Shown here in pieces: positions 9,262 to 17,803 of a DNA stretch of 21,921 nucleotides. The notes beneath the pieces were generated by a model, which saw only the letters and a list, made by a program, of their open reading frames with translations, was not told the DNA's origin and ran no database searches. How positions within the stretch are numbered: the stretch's first letter is position 1; the number at the start of each line of letters is the position of its first letter. The position numbers were made by a program, and so were the translations under genes. Location: contig JBGSTX010000262.1 of NCBI GenBank assembly GCA_041736305.1, forward strand, positions 1 through 21,921, given 5' to 3'. The DNA is from Oligoflexus sp. GTDB lineage: Bacteria; Bdellovibrionota_B; Oligoflexia; Oligoflexales; Oligoflexaceae.

Positions 9262-9437
9262 CTGATATTACTCCTCTAACCACCCGCAGGCGAAATCGTG
9301 GGCTGCTCTTTAGAACCTATCCTATTACCGCCTGCAGATTCCTTGGTCAAGCCCATACTAGCTGACTTACCCCCTTGTCGACGAGCAAAAGCACGCTAAA
9401 AAAATTTGCTTTCGGACAGCGGAAGTTGAAGAAATCG

Positions 9438-10934
9438 TCACCGAAGATCTTGGATGATGAGGATGAGTTCCCCACCCTCGATTTTTGTGCTTCCCGTGAG
9501 GGTGACAGATTTGCTGCGGCTTTTGAGCTGTTCATAGTAGGCGCTTTTGAAGAAAACGGCCTTCATGCTCGCCCCTGTTGCGTCACGAAGTGGAAGGTTA
9601 CACTTAGGCGCGCATGCATCGAGAGCTGCGGGCGAAAAACTCAAAGGTCCTATCGTTTGAATACGTCCTGTAGACTCACTCGCCTTAGCAATTGGCCCCT
9701 TTGATGCAGGGGCTGGCGGCGGAGGCGGAGGTAGCGGAGGAGTTGGGTTCGGTTTGCTCACTACCCTGCGCGCTGGTCTCGCGTTAGCGGGGGTAGGACT
9801 AGGTCTCGGATTTAGCTTTACTGCTGGTGCAGGAGTTGAATTTTTCGGAGAAGCGAGAGATTTTGGACTAGACGTCGGACGAGTAGGAGTTTCCACACGA
9901 CGAGGCTCTGGGCTTGGCTCGAGTTCAGGCTCGCCGGGACTTCCTTCAGAATCCGCCTGTTTTGTCGGAGTTTTCTGGACCAGGCGCGGACGCTGAGACT
10001 TGTTCGTAGGAGGTGGAGCGCTTTTGCTACTTTCCTCGGTTTCGTTTAGCCGAGCTTTGGGCGTTGGCGAATTTGAGCTATTTTTTGAGCGTTCGTAGAG
10101 AACGCTCGCGAGGAGAAAGACCAGCAAAGCGATGCCGCCAGCAATCGCATAGACACGGCTCTGCTGCATTTTGGCCATGCGTCGGCTATCGGCCATGCGT
10201 GCAAGCTCGTTTAGAACTTTAGAAGAAGGGCTTCCCACTCCTATTTGTTTTGGAATCTTGCCGTCTTCTGCCAATTCTTTAAGTCGGTCGCCCGCGTAGC
10301 CTTCGATGAACTGAACAATGGGTACCGCCCGACTGCTCCCCATTTTCTGAACGCGAACTTTCTTATTGAGCACTCCCCTGTTGAAGAGGGCCTGAATATC
10401 GAGTGCACTCAAAGGTCCGAGGACTTTTTCCTTATCTAAAACATAGTAGCGTTTGAGCGGGGCCTTAATCGCTTCGCTTTCAGGGAGCCTGAAGTTGGAC
10501 GTTTCGTTTCCATTTGGCGATGTGTCACTTATGTTATCGCGGCTTCCAGAAGAGGCGGGGCTAGCGATAAGGGCGCCCTTTGCTGTCGAAGATGGTTCTG
10601 GAGGAATGGGGCGCGAAGGCTGAACTGTCGCAGAGGGTACCGCCTTACGTGCAGGCTCCTGCCTTAGAGTGGACGATAGAGGAGCTGCGGCTGCGATCGA
10701 AGGAATAACAGCAATCTGCGTGCCTTCGGTGTCGACGCTTTCATCTTCGGGATCGAGCTGCTCTTCCCTAAAAATTTCATCTACTTCGATGAGATCTTCG
10801 CGAATATGAGAGCCCTCTAGAGAGACTCGATCGAAGGGTGAGAGGGTACCATGGCGCAAAGCTTCGCGAATCTCCTTAGCCGTTTTCAGGCCAAGGCTTG
10901 CGTTGCCATGGTAAACATTCCACCGCTTTTCCAT
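9438..10934 (-). CDS. Uncharacterised single-pass membrane protein: two GYF_2-like domains, TM helix, Pro-rich linker, C-terminal OB-fold-like domain
   Basis: 498-aa ORF. GYF_2-like patterns at aa ~3-55 and ~162-210 (YYVLDKEKVLGPLSALDIQALFNRGVL), hydrophobic helix at aa ~261-280, P/S/T-rich aa ~283-415, beta-rich C-terminus (LRDATG...AVFF...VTLTG...LII). Domain calls by eye only. Confidence 0.8.
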   Translation of the reverse strand: MEKRWNVYHGNASLGLKTAKEIREALRHGTLSPFDRVSLEGSHIREDLIEVDEIFREEQLDPEDESVDTEGTQIAVIPSIAAAAPLSSTLRQEPARKAVPSATVQPSRPIPPEPSSTAKGALIASPASSGSRDNISDTSPNGNETSNFRLPESEAIKAPLKRYYVLDKEKVLGPLSALDIQALFNRGVLNKKVRVQKMGSSRAVPIVQFIEGYAGDRLKELAEDGKIPKQIGVGSPSSKVLNELARMADSRRMAKMQQSRVYAIAGGIALLVFLLASVLYERSKNSSNSPTPKARLNETEESSKSAPPPTNKSQRPRLVQKTPTKQADSEGSPGEPELEPSPEPRRVETPTRPTSSPKSLASPKNSTPAPAVKLNPRPSPTPANARPARRVVSKPNPTPPLPPPPPPAPASKGPIAKASESTGRIQTIGPLSFSPAALDACAPKCNLPLRDATGASMKAVFFKSAYYEQLKSRSKSVTLTGSTKIEGGELILIIQDLR

Positions 10935-11149
10935 AAAGACTTGAACTTCCCATCACTAAGCGAGGTTTTTTGAGCCTATTCGGTCATCGGCCTCTGCTGT
11001 AAAAAATGTAAGAATTTCTGATATATGCTTGAAATGTTTGGAATAAATGCCAAGGTGAGGATTCTAATCCACGTCTATACAAGGACTTGCGTAGCAGGCT
11101 TGAGCAGAGTAGAACCGTGCCATCTGTGATGCCGCCTAGGAAGGATCGT

Positions 11150-11695
11150 ATGCGTTTTAAAATAGAAGAGCTGCGTGAGCCCAAACAAATTGAGATCAAG
11201 GGTGATGAGCCTTGGTTAGCCCTTATTTACAAAAGCTTCGGTCTGCACGGCAGAGAAGACGAACCGCGACTGAGCGGATACTTCCATATATCACCCAATC
11301 AGTATGGAGCTTTTCACGTTAAGGGGGAGATTTCGTTCACACCTAAAGTGAGCTGCGGGCGATGTGAACTCCAGATCCCTTGGGAAATTAAGCGAACTCT
11401 CAATGTGCGCTATTTGCTTCCCTTCAAAGACGAAGACGGAGTTGAGGCTGAGCGAGACCTTTCACCCGAAGATCTCGATGACTATTATATTGAGAATGAC
11501 GAGATCGATATCGAGCTCAGCATCAATGATATCGTTCAAACTGCCATCCCCAGTCGGTTGATCAAGCTGACTCCCGACGGTAAAGCCTGTGCGGTCTGTT
11601 TAGAAAATGTTGAAGAAGCCGTTGTCTACGAACAAAAGGGCGCGGCAGAAAACAATCCATTTGCCATTCTAAAAGACCTCAAACTGCCTGAGTAG
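11150..11695 (+). CDS. yceD: YceD/DUF177 family metal-binding protein (large-subunit rRNA accumulation)
   Basis: VSCGRCE Cys pair, acidic LDDYYIENDEIDI segment, second Cys pair (CAVC) and C-terminal NPFAILKDLK, typical of DUF177. Start moved from TTG 11087 to ATG 11150, which has AGGAAGGA upstream. Confidence 0.88.
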   Translation: MRFKIEELREPKQIEIKGDEPWLALIYKSFGLHGREDEPRLSGYFHISPNQYGAFHVKGEISFTPKVSCGRCELQIPWEIKRTLNVRYLLPFKDEDGVEAERDLSPEDLDDYYIENDEIDIELSINDIVQTAIPSRLIKLTPDGKACAVCLENVEEAVVYEQKGAAENNPFAILKDLKLPE

Positions 11696-11768
11696 CGGTT
11701 TAGACTTGTTCTTGGGGTAGAAGAATTATAAAGTCTTCCGGCTCTTCGGAGAGCACACGCTCTCTATT

Positions 11769-11860
11769 ACACAGGATGCGGGTAAGAGAAGGTCAGCTAT
11801 TTAAGCTGTCAATGCAACAGGCGTTTCTGCTGCAGCCCGCTTCCGAGGTTTAACCTTCCC
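11769..11860 (+). ncRNA. rpsB 5' leader (t44/S2-binding autoregulatory RNA)-like structure
   Basis: Outer stem GGATGCGGG (11774-82)/CCCGCTTCC (11836-44) followed by GAGGTTTAACC; inner hairpins CAGCT/AGCTG and TGCAACAG/CTGCTGCA; pseudoknot-capable GAAGGT (11788-93)/ACCTTC (11853-58); immediately upstream of rpsB. Confidence 0.7.
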
Positions 11861-11875
11861 AACGAGGTACTTTCG

Positions 11876-12664
11876 ATGTCCGTTACTATTAACATGAAGC
11901 AGTTGCTCGAAGCTGGCGTACACTACGGTCACCAGACCCGTCGCTGGAATCCCAAAATGTCTCACTACATTTTTGGTCAGCGCAACGGAATCCACATCAT
12001 CGACCTGCAAAAGACCGTCAAAATGTTTCAGCGCGCCTGCGACTTCCTTGAAGCCACTACAGCTCGCGGCGGCCACGTACTTTTCGTGGGAACGAAGCGT
12101 CTGGCACGCGATCTCGTCGAAGTCGAATCGCGTCGTACAGGCCAATTTTTCTGTAACTACCGCTGGCTCGGCGGCACCCTTACTAACTTCCAAACCATCC
12201 GTCAGTCGATCCACAGACTGCGTAAAATCGAAAGAATGTCTCAGGACGGAACTTTCCTTAAGTTGACGAAGAAAGAAGTTCTCAACCTGACGCGCGAAAG
12301 AGAGAAGCTCGAGCGCAACCTCGGCGGTATCAAGGATATGCCGGGTCTGCCAGCTGCAGTTTTTGTGGTCGATGCTCATAAAGAGACGATTGCGATTAGC
12401 GAAGCTAAGCGTCTTGGAATTCCTGTCGTTGCTATTGCTGACACCAATGCGGATCCAACGCTGATCGACTACCCTATCCCTGGTAACGACGATAGTCTGC
12501 GTTCACTTGAGCTCTTCATTGGCACTGCCGCTCAAGCTTGTGCTGAAGGTAAAGTTCGCAATAAAGATGGCGACTTTGAGAAGCCAGAGCGCGGCGAGTC
12601 ACGGATCACCGAAGGCAGCTTCCGTGATGACAAGGGCAACCGAGTTAATGTTGAGCGTAGATAG
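11876..12664 (+). CDS. rpsB: 30S ribosomal protein S2
   Basis: LLEAGVHYGHQTRRWNPKM, RWLGGTLTNF and IPGNDD motifs; GAGG SD. Confidence 0.99.
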   Translation: MSVTINMKQLLEAGVHYGHQTRRWNPKMSHYIFGQRNGIHIIDLQKTVKMFQRACDFLEATTARGGHVLFVGTKRLARDLVEVESRRTGQFFCNYRWLGGTLTNFQTIRQSIHRLRKIERMSQDGTFLKLTKKEVLNLTREREKLERNLGGIKDMPGLPAAVFVVDAHKETIAISEAKRLGIPVVAIADTNADPTLIDYPIPGNDDSLRSLELFIGTAAQACAEGKVRNKDGDFEKPERGESRITEGSFRDDKGNRVNVERR

Positions 12665-12685
12665 AGCCAAGCGTTAGCAGTCATC

Positions 12686-12708
12686 GCAAGGGATCTTCGA
12701 TCCCTTGC
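12686..12708 (+). other. Stable intergenic hairpin between rpsB and tsf (attenuator or mRNA-stability element)
   Basis: Perfect 10-bp stem GCAAGGGATC-TTC-GATCCCTTGC with no U-tract. Confidence 0.6.
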
Positions 12709-12745
12709 TCGATATGAGCATCATCGTAAACTGGGAGGTTTACAC

Positions 12746-13642
12746 GTGACAATTACAGCCGGTATGGTCAAAGAGCTCCGTGAAAAAACCGGAGTTGGAA
12801 TGTTAGAGTGCAAGAAAGCACTTGAAGAAAACCAAGGCGAAATAGAGAAGGCCATCCTCTGGCTACGTGAGAGGGGCCTGTCCCGCGCCGCGAAAAAAGC
12901 CGATCGCATCGCAGCTGAAGGGCTGGTCAAAGTACTCGTGAGTCCTGACGCGCGCTCTGGAGTCGTTCTCGAGCTCAACTGTGAAACCGACTTCGTCAGC
13001 AAGAACGAAGATTTTCAAAAGTTCGCTCAAGACTTGGCTGAGCTGGCTTTGTCGAAGCGTATCACCGATGTTGAAGCTCTTAAAGGACTCAAACTGGGCT
13101 CTGAGACGGTCGATACAACTTTGAGCAATCTCATCGCTAAAATCGGCGAAAACATGCGCTTGCGCCGTTTGGGTCTGCTCAGTACCAGCAAGGGTACAGT
13201 AGCAGGTTACACGCATATGGGCGGTAAAATCGGCTCGCTGGTTCTGCTTGAGGGCGCCGAAGGTCCTGAGGTTCAAGAACTCGGCCGCGACATCGCCATG
13301 CATGCTGCAGCAGCTAATCCTCGCTACCTCCAGAGCAGTGAAGTGAGCACCGACGAGTTGGATCAAGAGAAAGAACTGGCTAAAAAGCAGCTCATCGAGC
13401 AGAAGAAGCCAGAAAACATGATCGAAAAGATCCTCGCCGGTCAGATGAGCAAGTTCTATAAAGAAGTCTGCTTGATCGAGCAAGCCTTTGTCAAAGACCC
13501 TAACTTGTCCATTAAGCAACTCGTGACCGAGAAGGGCAAAGGCGCCAAGCTCGGAGGTTTCCACCTCTTCAAGCTCGGTGAGGGAATCGAGAAGAAGAAA
13601 GAAAACTTCGCTGATGAAGTTGCTGCTCAGCTAAGGTCTTAA
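12746..13642 (+). CDS. tsf: Translation elongation factor Ts
   Basis: GTG start with GGAGG SD; VKELREKTGVGMLECKKAL, ELNCETDFV, IGEN and GEGIEKK motifs. Confidence 0.99.
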   Translation: MTITAGMVKELREKTGVGMLECKKALEENQGEIEKAILWLRERGLSRAAKKADRIAAEGLVKVLVSPDARSGVVLELNCETDFVSKNEDFQKFAQDLAELALSKRITDVEALKGLKLGSETVDTTLSNLIAKIGENMRLRRLGLLSTSKGTVAGYTHMGGKIGSLVLLEGAEGPEVQELGRDIAMHAAAANPRYLQSSEVSTDELDQEKELAKKQLIEQKKPENMIEKILAGQMSKFYKEVCLIEQAFVKDPNLSIKQLVTEKGKGAKLGGFHLFKLGEGIEKKKENFADEVAAQLRS

Positions 13643-13649
13643 ACTTATC

Positions 13650-13679
13650 CAACCCCGCACCTCTGCGGGGTTGTTTTTT
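13650..13679 (+). terminator. Rho-independent terminator after tsf
   Basis: CAACCCCGCA-CCTC-TGCGGGGTTG hairpin followed by TTTTTT. Confidence 0.9.
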
Positions 13680-13686
13680 AAGACTG

Positions 13687-13732
13687 GAAGCTGTCTCAAA
13701 AGAGGGAGCACTGCCTCTTCTGAGACAGTTTC
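13687..13732. repeat. Long imperfect palindrome (19-bp arms) between the tsf terminator and pyrH
   Basis: GAAGCTGTCTCAAAAGAGG-N8-CCTCTTCTGAGACAGTTTC: 17 Watson-Crick pairs, one G-T and one mismatch. Confidence 0.7.
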
Positions 13733-13800
13733 TCGACACTCTTTATTTGATTGAGCGTCTCCTTAATCTAGGGCTTCTATCGCATCTTAGGAAGAGACCA

Positions 13801-14517
13801 ATGGCTGAAGCGAAGTACAAACGAATTATGCTCAAGCTGTCAGGAGAAATGCTTGGTGGAGAGCGTGGGTTCGGCATCGAAGGCGAAGCTCTGCAGTTTG
13901 TCGCCCACGAAGTGGCTGAAGTTCAAAAGCGCGGTGTTGAAGTTGCGATCGTCATCGGTGGCGGCAACATCTGGCGGGGCTCGCGAGCTGCTGGCTGGGA
14001 AATGGATCGGGCGAATGCCGACTATATGGGTATGCTGGCTACAGTTATCAATAGTCTCGCCTTACAGGGCATTCTCGAGACGAAATACAATGTCTTCAGT
14101 CGCGTGATGACCGCGATCCACATGCAGGAACTTGCGGAACCCTACATCCGTCGCAAAGCTCTGAAGCACCTTGCGAAAGGGCGCGTCGTTATTTTTGCAG
14201 CTGGCACGGGAAACCCCTATTTTACTACGGATACCGCCGCTAGTCTGAGAGCCCGCGAAGTAAGTGCCGATATTATTTTAAAGGCCACCAAAGTCGATGG
14301 TATCTACGATCGGGATCCGAACGAAGATCCCAATGCGGTAAAGTTCCAAGAACTATCTTATTTCGATGTTATTTCTAAAAAGCTGAAGGTCATGGATGCA
14401 ACGGCCATCACTATGTGTATGGAAGCCGCTATTCCAATTTGTGTCTTCAAGCTAGAAGACGTCGGTTGCGTATGGCGAGCTGTGACCGGAGAAACAGACG
14501 GAACCCTGGTTCGCTAG
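13801..14517 (+). CDS. pyrH: UMP kinase
   Basis: KRIMLKLSGE, VIGGGNIWRG, ADYMGMLATVIN, GNPYFTTDTAA and KVMDATA motifs. Start moved from TTG 13747 to ATG 13801 (AGGAAGA upstream). Confidence 0.98.
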   Translation: MAEAKYKRIMLKLSGEMLGGERGFGIEGEALQFVAHEVAEVQKRGVEVAIVIGGGNIWRGSRAAGWEMDRANADYMGMLATVINSLALQGILETKYNVFSRVMTAIHMQELAEPYIRRKALKHLAKGRVVIFAAGTGNPYFTTDTAASLRAREVSADIILKATKVDGIYDRDPNEDPNAVKFQELSYFDVISKKLKVMDATAITMCMEAAIPICVFKLEDVGCVWRAVTGETDGTLVR

Positions 14518-14563
14518 GCGAAACCTATGGGCATTATGGACTGAATTTGGTTAAGGTGTTAAC

Positions 14564-15118
14564 ATGGCAGACTATGTAGCGAAATGCAAAGATGAAATGC
14601 AAAAGCGTTTAGCTTCTTTTGATAAGGATTTGACTCGAGTCAGGACGGGCCGGGCATCGATTAGCTTACTCGATGGCGTGAAAGTCGACTACTACGGCAG
14701 CCTTAGTCCCCTGAGCCAGGTCGCAACGCTCTCCACGCCGGACGCAAGAACGATCATCATTTCGCCTTTTGAGAAAAAGCTGATCCAAGAAATCGAACGG
14801 TCGATCATGAAAGCCGATTTGGGCCTTCAGCCAAATAACGATGGTGTTGTGGTTCGGATTCCGATTCCACAGCTCACCGAAGAGCGGCGTAAAGATATTG
14901 TGAAACAGCTCAAGAAAATGGGCGAAGAAGCGAAAGTGAACGTACGGCACGTTCGTCGCGATATTAACGAAGATATTAAAAAAGCTGAAAAGAACAAAGA
15001 GATTACTGAGGACGAGAGCAAGCGTTTTCAGGATGATGTGCAAAAGCAGACCGATGGCACGATCAAGAGTCTCGATGATAAAATGGCGAAAAAAGAAAAA
15101 GAAATCATGACGATGTGA
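14564..15118 (+). CDS. frr: Ribosome recycling factor
   Basis: VRTGRAS, VDYYG, LGLQPNNDG, PQLTEERRK and KEKEIM motifs; canonical position after pyrH. Confidence 0.99.
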   Translation: MADYVAKCKDEMQKRLASFDKDLTRVRTGRASISLLDGVKVDYYGSLSPLSQVATLSTPDARTIIISPFEKKLIQEIERSIMKADLGLQPNNDGVVVRIPIPQLTEERRKDIVKQLKKMGEEAKVNVRHVRRDINEDIKKAEKNKEITEDESKRFQDDVQKQTDGTIKSLDDKMAKKEKEIMTM

Positions 15119-15169
15119 GGAGTAGGCGCCCCGATGATTCATCGGGAACAGCTGACCCTCTTCCCTCTT

Positions 15170-16333
15170 TCAGAGTTCCTTCGACGGCGAATTTAGAGGC
15201 GCAAGCTTGCGCTTCTTGATTCTTTCCACCAGAGTCGTTCGATTCAAACCCAATAATTTCGCTGCTTGATTCTTATTATGCCCGGTGCGTTCCAGCGCCT
15301 GCATGATAAGGGCGTTTTCCAGCTGCTCGATATAGTGCTCAAGATCGATACCATCATGTGGCAGGATGTCGACTTTTCTATGCTCGGCGTCGACGGTAGC
15401 AAGTTCGGCTGCGGGAGCTCGGTTTGCTATTGCGAATGCCTGCTCACTGACGAGTGAACTGGCGCCGGCCTTTAGAACCTTGTATTCGGGCGGGAGCTGC
15501 TCAAGAGTCACCGAGCCACCGCTGCTCATTACGACAACGCGTTCTACGAGGTTTTGCAGCTCTCGCACGTTACCAGGCCAAGGATGACGCTCGAGGCAGG
15601 TGTAGACCTCAGGTGAAAGATAGCAAGGATTGAGCAAGCGATGATTCTGATTCGAATGGTCCAGGAAATGATCGAGAAGCTGCCGGATGTCATTCTTTCG
15701 TTCGCGCAGCGGAGGAAGAGTTACCGGCAACACATTGAGACGATAGAAGAGGTCTAGTCGAAATACACCCTTGGCAACGGCTTCTTCGAGATCTACGTTG
15801 GTCGCTGCGATGACGCGAACGTCGGCAAACTTGACTTCATTGGATCCTACGGGAGAGAACTGCTTCTCTTGTAATACTCGGAGGAGTTTGGCTTGGAGCC
15901 GTCCCGGCATCTCCCCGATTTCATCAAGAAAAAGGGTGCCGCCTGAGGTTTCTTCAAAATACCCTTTGCGACTGCGATCGGCCCCCGTGAAGGCGCCTTT
16001 GACAAAGCCGAAGAGCTCGGATTCTAAAAGGCTTTCCGGTATCGCCGAGCAGTTGATAGCCAGAAACCTCTTAGATGCGCGCCCTGAAAGCCTATGGACC
16101 GCGCGGGCCACCAGCTCTTTACCGGTACCGCTTTCGCCATTGATAAGAACCGGAGAGTCTGAACGTGCGACTTTTCCCAAGGTGTGGAGGACCTTTTCCA
16201 TCGCTTCGCTTTTCCCTACGATTTCGCTTAAAGCTTGACGCCAAGCTCCGGCTGGAAATGGCGCATCGCGATCCAGCATGTGGGATTGAAAGTCTGGAGC
16301 CAAGCTAACATCGTAGACATTACGCTGATTCAT
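15170..16333 (-). CDS. Sigma54-dependent enhancer-binding protein (AAA+ and Fis HTH) lacking an N-terminal sensory domain
   Basis: Walker A GESGTGKE, intact GAFTGA loop, Walker B LFLDEIG, FRLDLFYRLNV, WPGNVREL and HTH NKNQAAKLLGLNRTTL. Only ~35 aa precede the AAA+ domain; AGGAGG SD. Confidence 0.96.
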   Translation of the reverse strand: MNQRNVYDVSLAPDFQSHMLDRDAPFPAGAWRQALSEIVGKSEAMEKVLHTLGKVARSDSPVLINGESGTGKELVARAVHRLSGRASKRFLAINCSAIPESLLESELFGFVKGAFTGADRSRKGYFEETSGGTLFLDEIGEMPGRLQAKLLRVLQEKQFSPVGSNEVKFADVRVIAATNVDLEEAVAKGVFRLDLFYRLNVLPVTLPPLRERKNDIRQLLDHFLDHSNQNHRLLNPCYLSPEVYTCLERHPWPGNVRELQNLVERVVVMSSGGSVTLEQLPPEYKVLKAGASSLVSEQAFAIANRAPAAELATVDAEHRKVDILPHDGIDLEHYIEQLENALIMQALERTGHNKNQAAKLLGLNRTTLVERIKKRKLAPLNSPSKEL

Positions 16334-16705
16334 AGCGAAGCTGAAGCCTCCTGAAATGCCTTTAAATTGCGTCGGGGAAAGCGCTTTTCCTGGTGAAAGA
16401 GCGAAAAACCATCATCAGTCAAAACAAGGGAGAGAGCCTGAGTGGCTGCATTTGGCACGTGAAATCCAGTGATGTTGGGGTCTACACTCTTATCTTAACA
16501 TCGTGTTCCCCAGACTCGCAAGGGACCCCGCCTTTCTGTGCGCGTCAGCACGCGCCAATCCTAGAGTTAATTACTCATCAGCTCCAATTTTTTTACTGAG
16601 TTTTTTGCCGTAGCAGCGCATAATTCCTCCTTCTTTGCTGGCAAAAGCAAAACTTGGCTGTAGGCAAATAGGGACCTGATATTTTTTCAGGAGTGTAATT
16701 CTGAA

Positions 16706-17803
16706 ATGCGTGTGGCCTTTGTACATGACTGGCTTGTGAGCTATCGTGGTGGTGAGCGAGTGCTTGAAGCATTACTCGAACTTTATCCCGAAGCTCCCAT
16801 ATTTACCCTGTTTTACGACGAGAAAACAATGCCTGCGAGCATCCGCTCGCGGGATATTAGAGTTGGGTCTTGGCTCAACTCGCTGCGCGTATTTCGCAAA
16901 CTGCTACTACCTCTGCTGCCGAGTGCAATCGAATCTTTACCTCTTGAAGATTATGACCTCATTATCAGTACATCCTCTTGTGTAGCGAAAGGAGTAATGG
17001 TAGGGCCGAGCAGTAAACATATCTGCTACATCCATTCCCCAATGCGCTACATCTGGGATCAGCGGCGTCACTACCTCGTGCCCCAACGGGCTTTCACGCC
17101 GCGCGAGATTCTGATTCATATCTTCAGCCAGAGACTGCGCATCTGGGACATCGCAGTTAATAATCGCATTGATCGATTCGTCGCTAACAGCGATTTTGTC
17201 AAGCAGAGAGTCCGCCGCTACTATGGGCGAGATGCGGAAGTCATTCATCCGCCGGTCGATGTCGAACGTTTCTTGAAAGCGGAACCAGTCTTAAAAAAGC
17301 CCGGCTATCTGCTTGCTGCGGGCGCCTTCGTCGCCTACAAACGCTATGATCTAGCGATTCAAGCCTGCGAGAAGCTAGGCAGAAAATTGATCGTAGCAGG
17401 TTCAGGGCCAGAAGAAAAAAACTTAAGACAACTAGCTGGCGTGCACACCGAATTTGTGATTCGCCCTTCGGAAGCGCGATGGGTCGAACTTTTTCGTGGG
17501 GCTGATGCCTTTCTCTTTCCAGGAGTCGAGGACTTTGGCATCACTGCTATCGAAGCACTGGCAGCTGGTACCCCGCTTATCGCTCTTAAAGCCGGCGGCG
17601 CCCTAGATTTCGTCCAAGAAGGGAAAACCGGTTTGTTTTTCTCAGAAGCAAGTGTCGAGTCGCTCATCGAAGTTTTATCCCGCTTCGATGCTCGGGAATT
17701 TCGTGCGGATGTCTTGACAAGTTATGCGGCCGGCTTTCAGAAATCCATATTCCTGGAGAAGATGCGTGCTGAGATACAAAAGCTCCTAGGAGCACGACTA
17801 TGA
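16706..17803 (+). CDS. GT4-family glycosyltransferase (GT-B fold)
   Basis: MRVAFVHDWL...GGERVL, CYIHSPMRYIWD, ANS, HPPVD, YKR and EDFGITAIEA (E-x7-E); AGGAG SD. Confidence 0.95.
   Translation: MRVAFVHDWLVSYRGGERVLEALLELYPEAPIFTLFYDEKTMPASIRSRDIRVGSWLNSLRVFRKLLLPLLPSAIESLPLEDYDLIISTSSCVAKGVMVGPSSKHICYIHSPMRYIWDQRRHYLVPQRAFTPREILIHIFSQRLRIWDIAVNNRIDRFVANSDFVKQRVRRYYGRDAEVIHPPVDVERFLKAEPVLKKPGYLLAAGAFVAYKRYDLAIQACEKLGRKLIVAGSGPEEKNLRQLAGVHTEFVIRPSEARWVELFRGADAFLFPGVEDFGITAIEALAAGTPLIALKAGGALDFVQEGKTGLFFSEASVESLIEVLSRFDAREFRADVLTSYAAGFQKSIFLEKMRAEIQKLLGARL

Noticed and set aside
9286..9335. GCAGGCG/CGCCTGC inverted repeat upstream of rpmF as a leader RNA or inversion end
   Set aside because: Only 7 bp with a 36-nt loop and no matching copy near 11700; not distinguishable from chance without comparative data.
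9705..9750. GGC/GGA-rich short-period repeat
   Set aside because: It is the reverse complement of the poly-proline codons of the 9438..10934 gene, not an independent DNA repeat.
11801..13564. Long minus-strand ORFs 11801..12379 and 12863..13564
   Set aside because: Antisense shadows of the highly expressed, codon-biased rpsB and tsf genes.
16452..16470. TTGGCACG, a perfect sigma54 -24 element upstream of the GT4 gene
   Set aside because: No GC at the -12 position (TTGGCACGTGAAATCCA), so GG-N10-GC is not met.
16393..16599. 68-aa ORF in the activator/GT4 intergenic region
   Set aside because: GTG start, no motifs, and it occupies the expected divergent promoter space.
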